This document shows, piece by piece, positions 1-12,300 of a stretch of 64,000 bases of DNA; the first letter of the stretch is position 1; each line of letters opens with the position of its first letter. The stretch is taken from the IMG/VR virus record IMGVR_UViG_3300033070_001123; one strand, 5' to 3'. Under the pieces are notes generated by a model, which saw only the letters and a list, made by a program, of their open reading frames with translations, made no database searches and had not been told where the DNA came from. A program made the position numbers and the translations under genes. The stretch comes from a virus. Lineage: Duplodnaviria > Heunggongvirae > Uroviricota > Caudoviricetes.

Positions 1-1088
1 AAATCTCCCTTTATCAGGCTTTCCTTACAAAGATAATCCGAACCACTAACGGGACAGATAGACCTGTTTATATACGCTTTTGAACCTTGAAGCCAAGAAC
101 CTATTTTTAATCCAGAAAAAGAACAATTATGTAGACAAAAACTCTGTTGCGAAGAAGACATCTCAATACCAATAATTTCTGAATTTGATGTTGGACCATA
201 ACCTTTTATGGATATATTTTCCATGTAGAACCTATCACCATTGACTTTTATCAAAGATTCTTCAGAAACAGGATTGTAGTCTGCTGCAATAGAAAAATGG
301 CTAAGATATTGATAATCAGAAACGGTAATTACTTGATCGGTTCCATCAAATATTATCTGAGAAGATACATTAAAACTATAGTTTCCATCTATATTTGTAA
401 AAACATATCTAACATAATTCGAATGCCAAGCACCAGCCCAAGCCACGGCGTTTGCTAGGGTTGAAAATTCTTTACATTCTGAATTACTAGGATTATCTTG
501 TCCAGGGCCTGTATAAGACGGATTGATTTTTAAGCTAACATACGAACCTGGTTGGTTTATATTGTGTCCAGGGTTTGTAATTTCAGCATTAGTCCAAGAG
601 TTATAAACAGTAGGCTGAGAAACGGTTACGGTTGTAGTAGTGCTAGCGACCTCCACTCCTGCAAAAAAGATTCTCAACGTTATTGTAAATGGACTTCCTC
701 CATTATTGTGATAATAAGTATATGCAGCGCAGTTCGCTCTTTGCATTGAATTTGAAAGACCGCTACACTTGGTATAACCAGTATTGTCTACATCAGAATC
801 AATCGTTGGTATTGGAAGCCTTGTTTTGTTCTTAAAGTTTCCAGTAACAAGCTGATTAGTTGTTGTGCTTGTAAGATCTAAATCTTGATACCCCGCTGGA
901 TTTGAGTAGTATCTCTCATTGTCTTGATTGCCATTCAAAGGAGGTGAAGGGTCTCCAAAGTCCCAAAGATACTCAACCGTTTCCGAACTATTTCCATCAA
1001 GAAGACTAGTGCCTGCCGATACGAAAACCGTAAACGGAGCATAGCCCGAAGTATCTGAAACTACTGTTATATTAGCTGTCCAGGCCAT
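1..1088 (-). CDS. Structural protein, partial: start ATG at 1088, 3' end beyond the window edge. Carries an Ig/PKD-like module paralogous to one in the 3421-aa protein.
   Basis: The minus frame is open from the ATG at 1086-1088 (MAWTANITVVSDTSGYAPF...) to position 1. I hand-translated the first ~140 codons with no stop, and the ORF track shows no stop-bounded minus ORF here. The segment ...EYLWDFGDPSPP...CAAYTYYHNNGGSPFTITLRIF matches ...EWDFGDNNPP...AAYTYYHNNNGNPFTITLKIW in the giant protein. A GGGGA ribosome-binding site lies upstream. Confidence 0.55.
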   Translation of the reverse strand, partial: MAWTANITVVSDTSGYAPFTVFVSAGTSLLDGNSSETVEYLWDFGDPSPPLNGNQDNERYYSNPAGYQDLDLTSTTTNQLVTGNFKNKTRLPIPTIDSDVDNTGYTKCSGLSNSMQRANCAAYTYYHNNGGSPFTITLRIFFAGVEVASTTTTVTVSQPTVYNSWTNAEITNPGHNINQPGSYVSLKINPSYTGPGQDNPSNSECKEFSTLANAVAWAGAWHSNYVRYVFTNIDGNYSFNVSSQIIFDGTDQVITVSDYQYLSHFSIAADYNPVSEESLIKVNGDRFYMENISIKGYGPTSNSEIIGIEMSSSQQSFCLHNCSFSGLKIGSWLQGSKAYINRSICPVSGSDYLCKESLIKGD

Positions 1089-1100
1089 TTGTTCCCCATT

Positions 1101-3344
1101 TTATAGATACACTATCTCTTTTGAGTATCTCCAACCAAACTCTTGTAGTTCGTCTTTCTGCCTAACTCTAAACCAATAAAACTCGCCTCGAACCAAAAGC
1201 TCAGAAGACTGATTGATATACCTTATCTTCTTATCTTCGTAATTACTGGTTATACCATTGCCAGAAAAAGGTTGAAAATCTCCATTATAATCTTCAAAAT
1301 ACCAATTAGTTATGTCGGCAAAAGTATCCTTTGATATCAATATGTTACCCTTATCAAAATCGTTATATTCCCTAGCAATCTGTAGTTCAAAGTGGTAAAA
1401 CCTAAAATCGCCCGGATAATGCTCAAGCGTTGTTTCAAAGTTCCAAGACCCAACAACTTCAATATTTGTTGGTGTAATCGAATTTATCAAACTCTGATTC
1501 TGAAGCGTTTCCAAAACAATACTAGATACCTTAGTCTCTGTGTGCGTCAAATACTGATTAAGGTTTGGATATGCAAAATCATAAGCAGTTGCATTCCTAT
1601 CAACAACAAAATTAACAAGCTTGCCAGTTAGCTGAACGAAATCGTTTTTCCATGATAAATCGTCAAACTCCGCTGATAACTGATCAAACGGATATATCAA
1701 CTCTTCTTGAATAAATTCATCTGACCCACTTGCTACATATGTTCGAAGCTTATCAAGAACCTTTGTTTTTCTATATATACAAGCAACAGCTTCCGCAAGG
1801 CAGTTCTCCATATTATCCCACGCCTTTGGGGGAGATAGAAGAGTATTTTCTGTAAACGGAACAGGGAATGCAAACGAAGCCAAAGGATCGCCGAAGCAAG
1901 CAATAGGAGAGTTTATAAGAGGCTGAGAGAAGAACATCGCTTCTCCCATTGTTGCCCCTCTAAAAAGAGCATCCATAAAAGGAACTGGCCTCAAAAAGGC
2001 ATACGCATTTGTTCCAGACATAGAGCCTGCTGCCGCAACATATCCTTGCCTTATAGCGAGTATAGGCCAAGAACGAGCGTCCAAGTCTCTTATAGAAAAT
2101 CCGCCATCAAAATCAGCATTGTAAAAGAAAGCTCTAGTTTCTGCTGTTGTTTGAAAATAGTTCAACGAACCTCTATCAGCGCCCCATCCCCAGAAAAACG
2201 AATCTCCCTCAACCTGAGAAAAGAATGGATCTCTCGAAGGAGAAGATTGAGAAGTGGTCTCGGTCGTCAAACCAAGCCTCTCTAAATAACTGTCTCTAAA
2301 GTTGAGAAGATCTAATGAATAGTCAGAAGCCCCTGCAAACGAATAAGCAGAATATGGATCAAAATAGAACTTACCACCAACCTGAGACCTTCCTTTTGCT
2401 ATTTCAATATTATCAAACCAAGGCGTTGTCACAATATTTGGACCGTCTATTCTTGTGCAAATCAAAGCCTGTAAAGCATCAAAACCGTCAAACCTCTTGA
2501 ATACTTGTCTGTTGTAAATCGGATTAACGGCATTCTTCTCAAAAGGATAGAATAACCTAGAAAGCCTTGATGTTGAAGATATTACATCAGAACCATCTCT
2601 AAATCCACCAGGAACATATGGCATCAAAATAATAGCATAAACGCTTCGATCAGAAACTGGATAGCTTGTTATAGCAGTCCTGATTGGATCTTCTACTTCT
2701 TCTTGAAACTCTATATAGTCTGATAGCACTTCCCTATTAGAGCAGGGTATAGCTATCAACTGATTATCTTCAAGACCGTGAATCTCTTTATATCGCAATG
2801 CGGACGATAGGCTGTCTGCGTCCCCTTCTCGGTAAACGCAAACAACGTTGTCCCTTGAAAGTATTGCGGTAGGGTTGACAATTGTTTGCTGGCCCCCATC
2901 CGGGGTTGGTCCTTGAATCGAAAAAAAAACACAGGTAACCGTGCTTGGCTCAGACCTATTGCCATAGATGTCAACGGTAACAACTCTATAACAATATGTA
3001 TTCCCAAGAACAGCGGTAGAGTCAACAAAGTCTTCCGTTATTGAAGTTCCTATCAAGGAAAAAACACCATCCGCCTGATTGGAACGGTAGATTTCATAGT
3101 ACGCAAAGTCCGTAATCAAACCGCTAATAGCCTCGTTATTGAACGCTATATTGATAGTTGAAGACGGTACTGACCTATTGCCGTAAATGTCAACGGTAAC
3201 AACTCTATAGTAGTATACCGTTCCCAATACTGCGGTTAAATCAGTAAACGAGCCGCTTGTTGATGTACCTATGAGAGTGAAGGGTCCAGTTGGAGTTGTA
3301 GCCCTAAAAATCTCATAATACGCAAAATCTGTAGGCAAAATCAT
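1101..3344 (-). CDS. Structural or tail-fibre-like protein (747 aa) with two N-terminal fibronectin-III-like repeats.
   Basis: Tandem repeats DFAYYEIFR...YYYRVVTVDIYGNRS and DFAYYEIYR...YCYRVVTVDIYGNRS. A perfect AAGGAG Shine-Dalgarno site sits 4 nt upstream of the ATG at 3344, in the 12-nt gap after the giant gene's stop. Confidence 0.6.
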   Translation of the reverse strand: MILPTDFAYYEIFRATTPTGPFTLIGTSTSGSFTDLTAVLGTVYYYRVVTVDIYGNRSVPSSTINIAFNNEAISGLITDFAYYEIYRSNQADGVFSLIGTSITEDFVDSTAVLGNTYCYRVVTVDIYGNRSEPSTVTCVFFSIQGPTPDGGQQTIVNPTAILSRDNVVCVYREGDADSLSSALRYKEIHGLEDNQLIAIPCSNREVLSDYIEFQEEVEDPIRTAITSYPVSDRSVYAIILMPYVPGGFRDGSDVISSTSRLSRLFYPFEKNAVNPIYNRQVFKRFDGFDALQALICTRIDGPNIVTTPWFDNIEIAKGRSQVGGKFYFDPYSAYSFAGASDYSLDLLNFRDSYLERLGLTTETTSQSSPSRDPFFSQVEGDSFFWGWGADRGSLNYFQTTAETRAFFYNADFDGGFSIRDLDARSWPILAIRQGYVAAAGSMSGTNAYAFLRPVPFMDALFRGATMGEAMFFSQPLINSPIACFGDPLASFAFPVPFTENTLLSPPKAWDNMENCLAEAVACIYRKTKVLDKLRTYVASGSDEFIQEELIYPFDQLSAEFDDLSWKNDFVQLTGKLVNFVVDRNATAYDFAYPNLNQYLTHTETKVSSIVLETLQNQSLINSITPTNIEVVGSWNFETTLEHYPGDFRFYHFELQIAREYNDFDKGNILISKDTFADITNWYFEDYNGDFQPFSGNGITSNYEDKKIRYINQSSELLVRGEFYWFRVRQKDELQEFGWRYSKEIVYL

Positions 3345-3356
3345 AATTGCTCCTTA

Positions 3357-6300
3357 TCAAACAATGTAACCAGCTTCCTGAAGGTTGCTAACAACTTCGT
3401 ATATCTTGCTATAAGTGTCTGCTGTATCCTCTTGCGTGTTGTTTGCTCCAAGAGTTTGTCCGCAGAACCACCCAACCATAGAAACATTACGCTTGTTCAT
3501 AACCCTAAACAGATTCATCATATGATCTCTGTTGTCTATAACAGAGGCCGAGAACCCGTTTGGATACTTCGGATTACCTCTTTCATAAAGATTGTTATAA
3601 ACAAGAGGGATATTATTGTAGCTCAACCATGCTGCTATAGGCTTATTTGGATTAGCACCCTCACACGCTCTTAGTGAATAATCAAGAGAAGCAATTCTCA
3701 TTGCTTTAACCAATTCATTTGGATTCTTTATTTTGTTCAAATCAATATTAAACCTAGACGCATTTTCGTAATAAGTATTGTAACCATAGCCAGTTGGGAA
3801 ACCTATCCAATCAGTAAGACCCCATCCATAATTAGAAGGAACATGAACGTCTGATTTCATATTTGGGCCAAAATCAACAGGGCTTTCTCTAAACCTATAA
3901 CCATTAGCGTTATACTGCCTTGTTGCTCCAAAAAGCAACCAGTTTCCACAAATAACATTAGGCCAAACTTCTTTTGCAGGTTCAAATAAAGACTTGTATA
4001 ATCCCCAATCAACTCTCATTGCGTTTATACTAGAATAAACATGAACCAATTTTGAAGCTCTCAATGATTGATCATATATGTAAGGATAAAGCTCTGAAGT
4101 TGGAACTGGAAGACCATCAAGATCTTTTAGCTGGGCCGTAAAATCTGCATAACTAATAGATCCATCAAACAGAGTATTACTAGACCTACTATCTGCCATA
4201 AGCCAATTATGCCAATTAGCTCTCTCGCTTTCAACTCCTCCCGCAAAACCACCATTACCATCGCCCTCGTAGTCAGGATCCAAATAATAAGGATGAGGAA
4301 TTCCCTCTTGATTAAGAGCGTTTGCAAGTATACCAAAATACTCTTGCATTCTAGTTCTGGCTTCTTGTATTCCTGCGGTTGACCAAACTCCAGAATACCT
4401 TCCATTGCTCAAGAAATCTGAACTATGTCTAAAGAGAGCGGTGTTGGGTGTCCCCCAGTCATAAGGACCAAAATTCTGAGGCCAAAAAGTCCATCTGAAA
4501 GGTTGATTAGGTCTAACGGAAGCCCATCTATTTCTTGCTTCAACAATTTCAGCAACAGCTTCTGCGGCTCGCTGAGCCATTGTTCTATTGTCGCTATTGT
4601 TCCAAGAAACAAATTCATTAACAAGTATGTAAGTATTTGAAAGATCAAAAAGCTCGTTACCGAGGTCTACCGCTCGTCTGCTACCTTGTACAATAATCTT
4701 TGGAGGAGTTCTATTGGTTGAAGAAGGTTCAAACTCAGAAGAAGGAGCATTCCATGCAACAACAACATTACCGTCTCCAACATTGGCTGTTGAAGAAATG
4801 TTCTTTGGCGGATTAAGTACAGGATCGTCAGCTATATGAGTTACTTCAAAAGTTGTTGGAGAAGAAGCATTACCATACACATCATACGCAACAATCTTGT
4901 AGTAATACGTTCTTGCCGGAAAGACTTGATAATCAACAAAGATTGGCTTTTTAGTATAAAGCTTCTCTTGGTATGGAAGATTCAAGTCTGGCTCACCATT
5001 TATAATCCTAGCTCTAGAAACAACATAATGGCTAAAATCAGCTTCAGTATTAGCATTCCATGAAAGAATAATTGATTGCTCATGAACATCAGGATAATCT
5101 TGGTTAACAATTGCGTCAATAATCTTGTATTGCAAACCAGAAGGAGCAGCAAGAGACGAAACGCTTGCAGGCTTCTGATCGTAAACAAATCTCCTATCAG
5201 CAGCATTGAAAATCGAAGCGTCAACAAGAGGAGACTTAGGAGAAGCGTGTTGCTCATTATCTATACTTCCAACAACAAATCCCCATCTTGCAAAAGCCGC
5301 CAAAGCATTCTTTGCATGACCTTCATTATAAGTCGAATACGGGAAATCCAACCAATGAGTGTTAAAGTAGAACATAACCAAAGTCTCATGTCCTGGTAAT
5401 ATGTAGTCTGCAAGAACGTGAGGCCCAGATTGTAAATCAAAAGAGAACAAGAAGCTCATGCAGTTGATGTTGGTAATGTCTTCTGGAGATTTCTCAGCAA
5501 GAAGCTTTAGACCGTCATATTTGTATCCAATGTAGTCAATCGCTCTCTTATTTTGTCTAATCGCTCCCTTTGTTCCTGCCGCATACGCATCAAGACCAAG
5601 CATATTTGTCTTGGCATAATTAGCCATCAAATGGAGTTCGTTAGCTGCTTTATTCATAATGTAAGCAGAATCCATATTTTCAAAGCCAACAAAGTCTTTA
5701 GTTTCTGGATTCCATTGCTTATGAACTGTTGTTCCATATCCTTGATAGAAACCAAATACAGGAACCTCCTGTATTGCGTCTCTTAACATATAAATCGTTC
5801 CTTTTAGCAAGTTTGGATTTACAGTAAAAGTTCCAGGAACACAAGTTCCATTGCCAAGGCTCGTATAGCAAGTATCTGATACTGTTGCAGCAGAAGAATG
5901 AGGGAATGCTCCGTTTGTATCAAAAAACGGAGTCAACATAATAGACGGATAGTTATAGGGATTTTGATTGTAGTACAAGCCAGCAGGACTCCACATGAAG
6001 AATCTTTCGTATCCAAGCGTATTGTATAGATACTTAACCTTATTAGACCACCAAGCCCAACCCCAAATGGCAGGATTTTGATTGTTTACGTCTTCATATC
6101 CATGATAATACAATGGTTGAGTATTGCTGGTAATGGCAGGAACCACAGGTCTTATTGGTCTTGGATCTTTCATGTAACTAACAGAACCATGCGTAGCTGC
6201 AAAATAAGCCTTATAAGGAGCTAACGTCTTAACCCAATCTCTTACGTTTCTAGTAACTCTAACAGATAGAGTTACTTGCATAGACTGTCCGCGAGCAAGA

Positions 6301-9300
6301 CAATCCGCATTAACTGTAGCGGAATCGCCTTGTATATCCGTAAGCCAAGCAAGTCTGTTAGATATACAAGATACACCAATACCTCCAATAGAGCCAACGC
6401 CATATTGTCCTATGAATTCTTGAGAAATCAAATCGCTAGTTGCAAAGTTATAAAGTACAGACACGCCAACTGCATAGGTTTCTCCTATAACAACAACAAC
6501 TGGCGCAAATCTATCAAACGGATAATTCAATCCAGGACCAAAATAGTTCTTAAACGAAGTATCATAATCCATAAGATTTGAGCTATCAGTACATCTCAAG
6601 AATTTTCCTTTGAGGCCAGAAAGAACACCCTCAACTCTAAGTACACAAATTCTTTGCCTTATATCGCCAGTTACGCTATCATTAGCTCCGCTTGGACCGT
6701 CATTGGTATATGTAATAGCAATATCATATCCATCAGTTGTTGGAGTTACAGTTGTTGTTGTTTTGATATAGTTGCCAAGAGTTACTGATGAGAACTGCGA
6801 ATAAACCCATCTACCAAAACCGCTATAAGTATCGCTTTCTATACTAACCGCACTAGTATTCGCCAACAAAGAAGTAGCAAGATATCCGCAGCCAAAAAGG
6901 TCTATAGAGGTTGAAGGGTTTCCAAGATTGTTATTGACAAACAACGTGTTTATAGCACCATAAATAGCATTTGAAAGGTCTGTTAGAGTAGCATAAGAAG
7001 AAACGGTTAGACTCGTTATGGACAATGTTGAATTATCATTCTTGACAAAAGTTGCTCCAAACTTCTTTATGCCTCCGTCAAGAAGTAAGCCAAAATAAGC
7101 GTTCTTGATATTAGAATTTCCGTTTGGATCAAACTTAATCCTAAGCGCTCTAGACGTAGTATCTCCGATTGAAGAGAAGCTCAATATATCACTAACGTTT
7201 GACGTAAGCTTTTTGATAACAGGCTTAGCAACAGAAGCGTAATTGTTATCAACAGTATTTATGACAGGATCTGTAATGGCAACAAACGCATTCTGAGCGC
7301 CAGATGGAGGCGTCCAACCCGCTTCTGCTGTTCTTGTCCTTGTCGTTACGCTTGGCGAAACAATAAATGCAGCAGTTGAGTAAGAAAGAGTATATGGTTT
7401 TGTAGCTCCGACTCCGCAGCTAAATGAACCTCTAAATTCGTCATTGAAGTCTTTTGAAGCTGCTGGATACAAAACAGACAAAGACGCTAATGGAGTATTT
7501 GTCGAAGAATCAAGCTTGTATTTATAGATTGATTGAAGATCGGTTGTGATTACTTCAAACTGAGATGGACTTTCTTCATATCCGGCAGAAACCCACTGAT
7601 CCCATGTTTTTACAACGCCATTGACAAAGGCAAAATCCATAAAGCCAAGTCTTTGCGGCCATACATTGTTACTAAACTTGTCAAACTGACCAGTGTTAGT
7701 ACCGACAGAAATCCATCTAGATATGCAGAACCCACTATGCTCTGTATTAAGGTTATTTACAAACTCAATACCGCTCAAACCAACGCCTGTTGCTGTAGTA
7801 AAATTCCAGAAAGCTTTTTGGTAGTTTGTATTTATGTCTGCTATCGCCGTATTATTTCCTATCTTAAGGTTGTTTACAAGACCATAAGACCCTCCAAACT
7901 CAAACAGTCCAGAATTGATTCTTGTAGAACCCGCTGTGTAAGTGTTTGGCCTAAGTACATTGTTGACTATGGTTATGTCCGAAGAAGGCGGCGTAACAAC
8001 AAACAAACTCTTAGTTCCGCCTGCTAGCATTTCATTTGAATCAAATCTAATTGCAAAAACATCGTTTAGATTATTTGATCCGTCTTGCAAAACTGAACCA
8101 TAAATAGTAACGTATCTTGAGTTATATAGATTAATTGGTCCTGAAGAAGATATAGAAGAACCCTGCAAAGAGGCAAGGTGATCTATCCTACAGAAATTCA
8201 TAGAAAGTTTTTCTGCAAGACCACTAGTTCCTCCAAAGTTTATTGGAGAATCAGCCGGTGTCCTTACAGCAAAAACTTGAGCGCCATCAGCAAATCCATT
8301 TAGAGTTGCATGAAAACATCTATTAAGAACAAAGTTACAGCCTATGAAGTCATAACTCTTTATCTTTGTTGTTGATGTGTGGCATTGGTTGAAATATACA
8401 CCAGTTACAAAATGCGAAGTCGTTACGGCTTGATAAAGATTTCTAAACAAGCAACCTGAGAAAGTTATATTACTTGCGTTTGTTGTTGCAGAAGCTGGTG
8501 ATTTTATTACACATCCTATAAGATTAGAAGTATTATCGCTTCCCTGCTCAAGACCCCCTGGGTCTCCTGTAACATTAGCAGACGCTCCAAACTGAATATC
8601 CTGGAAATTAATATTGTATGCAGTTGCAGACAATTCAAACAAAGCTGTTGGAGAACTTCTACTAAAAGAACCGTTCTTTGCAACAATTCTTGGCTTCTGC
8701 GTTGAATACGCTGTTGAAGCCCTAATTAAAATATTTGGCTTACTTATTGTTACTTTTCCATTAAGAGGGAAATTCAAATTACCAGAACCACTATATCCTG
8801 GCAAAAGCTCAATAATGGCCTTGCCGTTGGTTCTGTTTGAGTTTATCCAAGACACAGCGGCGTCTATCGTTTGGAAAGTATTTGAAGGAGGAGTAAGCTG
8901 TTCTGGGACAACTTGCAACAAGACCCAATTATTAGAATTGTTAGTTGGATAAGAGTCTATTGTTGGATTAGAAACAGTAACGGTTGTAGAAACCGCAGAG
9001 CTAACTGCTCCATTGTGCCATATCTTTAGCGTTATTGTAAACGGATTACCGTTATTATTGTGATAATAAGTGTATGCAGCATTAATACCTCTCTGTTTAC
9101 TGGATAGAGAAGTCTTTCTATGAGGGCTTCCGTCAGCGTTATAATCGCTATCAACTCTTGGATCAAAGACCATTGTTCTTGAAATAACAGAAGTAGGAGG
9201 GTTGTTGTCTCCAAAATCCCACTCAAATATACAATCTTGAGCATCAACACCGTTGAAGTATGAATTTGTTGCATCAACATGAACAGTAAACGGAACATCA

Positions 9301-12300
9301 CCAGAAGTAGGTGTTACAACGTTTATGAAAGGTATAACTCTATTGAATATGCTTGTTCCATAAGAACCAAGAGCTATTGACTTATAAGAATTCCACCAAC
9401 GAGAACTCTCAATCCATCTGCCAAACTCATTAGTTGTATCTGTTCTTGTGTTTGTTAGATCTGTCCAGACATTGTGACGACCTATCCATTCGTCAACGCC
9501 TATATCAACACCTGGAGAAGAGCTTCCGGTCCAGGCGGTCCAAGATTTAATAACAAAGAATCCCTTGTCAAAATCTGGCGGGAAAACCATTCCGCTAGGA
9601 GATTTCAAAGTTCCTCTCAAAGTGTTCATTACAAATCTAAGATTTGACGAGTCCCATGTTACAGTGACATTTCCTATATTTCTAGGAGACGTTGGAGACC
9701 CTGAATTCCATGTAGAACCATAAGATGCGGTTACTATAGAAATGGTTGCTATCTTATTATTAAATCCGTCCTGTATCTTCTGAGCAACATCAGCCATGCT
9801 CGTTGCTGTTGAGAAGTTTATACCCTCAACCTTTACAGGATAGCCGTCAACAGCAATAATGAAACAACCATTTGTAATAGCCTGCCACTGAGCAAGCGTC
9901 TTACTTACAGTTGGAGTAAATCTATGATTGCTAGAATAAAGACTTGGCAAATTAGCATACCACATAATATAACCATCAGCGCCAGAGTCAAGAATTTGAG
10001 TATACATTCCTTGCGATAAGGTTGCATTTTGAGCCATGCCCATAAAGACGTTTTGACCACCAGATTCAAAGAACGTCGGCATAACGAAAGGATAGATTGG
10101 TTTGACTTTACCAAAAATTTCTATAGCTTTTTCTATATACCCCTTTGCGACATAAATTTCATCCGTTTCAGCGGTTGTCCAGCCTTGATAAATTGGATAT
10201 AAAGAAGGGGTAAAGAAATCATTATAATCAGCAAAAGGAACGGTAACATATACGCCGTTCTGATATCTCTGATTAATTCTTCTCATACTAGCGTCAAAAA
10301 CAGAACCGGGAATCGAATGAGCCAAACCGCCGCTACCCCAATAATAAGCGCCATAGTAGCTATTAGCAGCAAACGGGGTTCCATAGAAACCCACCTTGAT
10401 ATTCGATATACCCTTCAGCCCTGCCCTGATCTTTGTTCTTGTATACAAGCTTCTGAACTGTTCAAGATTTGCGTCAACCTCAGCCTCCGTAACTCCATAA
10501 GGCCAATTTGGTCCCGTTACAGTTACGTTGCAATAAGAGCCTTCAACGTCCCAAACAAATATATCCGCCTTCTCAGCGATGAAGGCATCAAGCTTTGAGT
10601 CAATAAAAGAATCCGTATACTGAGACCAAGAAGAATCTGCGGTATATGCAGTATACGCTCTAACAATATTGTATTGAGATTTCAACTGAGGAACGGTTGG
10701 CATTCCAGAAAAGCTTCTTACAGTACCATTGGATGTTGTAGAACCAAAAGTCTCCATAACAGATATAGATCTATCTCTTGTATATTTATCTGCTGTAGCC
10801 ATTGAAGAAAGAGCATGCCACCAATCATTTCCAACAACCCATCCATTAGACCATTCGTTTGAATCAAAGTCTTGGCCTGCATAGATATTACTATCATATT
10901 CTTGATAAGTATTAGAGTATGTACCTATCCAAAGAGCAGTACCTACGTCTGTTCCTCCAACAGGCAAAGTTCCTGTATAAGCGTAACAATACAAAAACTC
11001 TCGACCTTCATATGAGCTATGGTCAGGAGGCGTTTGCACAGACGGTGTTGTGTAGGTAAACTCAAAACATGGAACTTGAGTTATAGACAATGGAAGATTA
11101 TTCGAAACACTTGATTGATAAGTTACAACTACGCTTCCCATTTCATAAGGTCTTGAAGCCATCAAGCTTGGATACGCAACTGTAGTCGGAAAGAAATTGT
11201 TAATGTAGTATAAATCAGCATTAATAGCGGCTTCAATAAGGTTTACAACGCTTGTTGATTCTGTTCCACCAATACTTGTTGCAACCGAGAAATTAACTCC
11301 AGAAATTGACCTGTTATATCCTTGCGCGAAATAATTGAAACAACCATTCGTAATGGTTTGCCAATCAGAAAGCGTCTTAGTAGGAATAGCAGGAGGACCG
11401 CCAGAGGCTGTCATGAAGTGACGGCTTCTCGCCCTTCTATAACTTGGTCTATAAGTATTCCAAACGATAGCTCCGTCAGCTATTCTCTTGCACCAAGAAA
11501 GCATCTTGATCATGTAGTTTCCGCTTATAAGCTTTGAACACCAAGGCGTAGAGAAATGGAACGACGGATTCAAGAAAATGTACAAAGGCTTATTACCTGC
11601 CGTATACTTTGCGGCTTGAATAAGATTTTCTTTGTAATACGCATCATCAAGAGGGTCTTGCTCTCCGTAAAATGGATAAACGTCGCAAGTTATAAAGTCA
11701 GTATAATCTGAGAACTTCTTTGTATAGTAAGAGGCTCCTGATTTCCTGAGATTGACTCTTCTAAACTTAGAAGTCCATGTGTTGTAACTTGTTGTGTAAT
11801 CTGTGCTATTCCCTCTTGAGAACCAATAAAGAACAGGATCGTAATAGCTCTTGAAGTTTGGATTGAAGTAAAATCCAACCTTGACATTGCTGATACCACG
11901 GGCTGCAAGAAGCTCTTTTGTTCTTGTATAAACTCGATTGAAAGATTCCAGCATATTATCTATGACAGTATCAGAGTTTGAAGTAGGATCAAGATATGTC
12001 TGGAAAAACTCCAAATCGTAAGCATAATAAAGCGCTTGATTATTACCAAGAGCAGGGTCAAGATATGCTGTTATGCCAGCGTTGATATTACTATCACTAA
12101 TAGTTAACGTTCCAGTAAGAAGAGTTGTTGCTGCCTGAGAATAGCTTTCAACAAACGGAACGACTCCTCCCGTTTGCATAAAGTTAATTCCATAAGCTTC
12201 AAAGCCCGCGAAAGAAGGCTGACCCGTATAGCTAGAAGACATGAAATACTTAAAGTCTTTCAGTTCTGCATTCTCTAAAGACGCTTCGCTATAAGCCTGC

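Noticed and set aside
4127-10598. Numerous 60-160-aa ORFs inside the giant structural gene on both strands (for example 7533..8027 +, 5076..5399 +, 9032..9301 -).
   Set aside because: All are embedded in the single 3421-aa reading frame, which has strong internal repeat and domain structure. They have low-complexity translations and are not independent genes.
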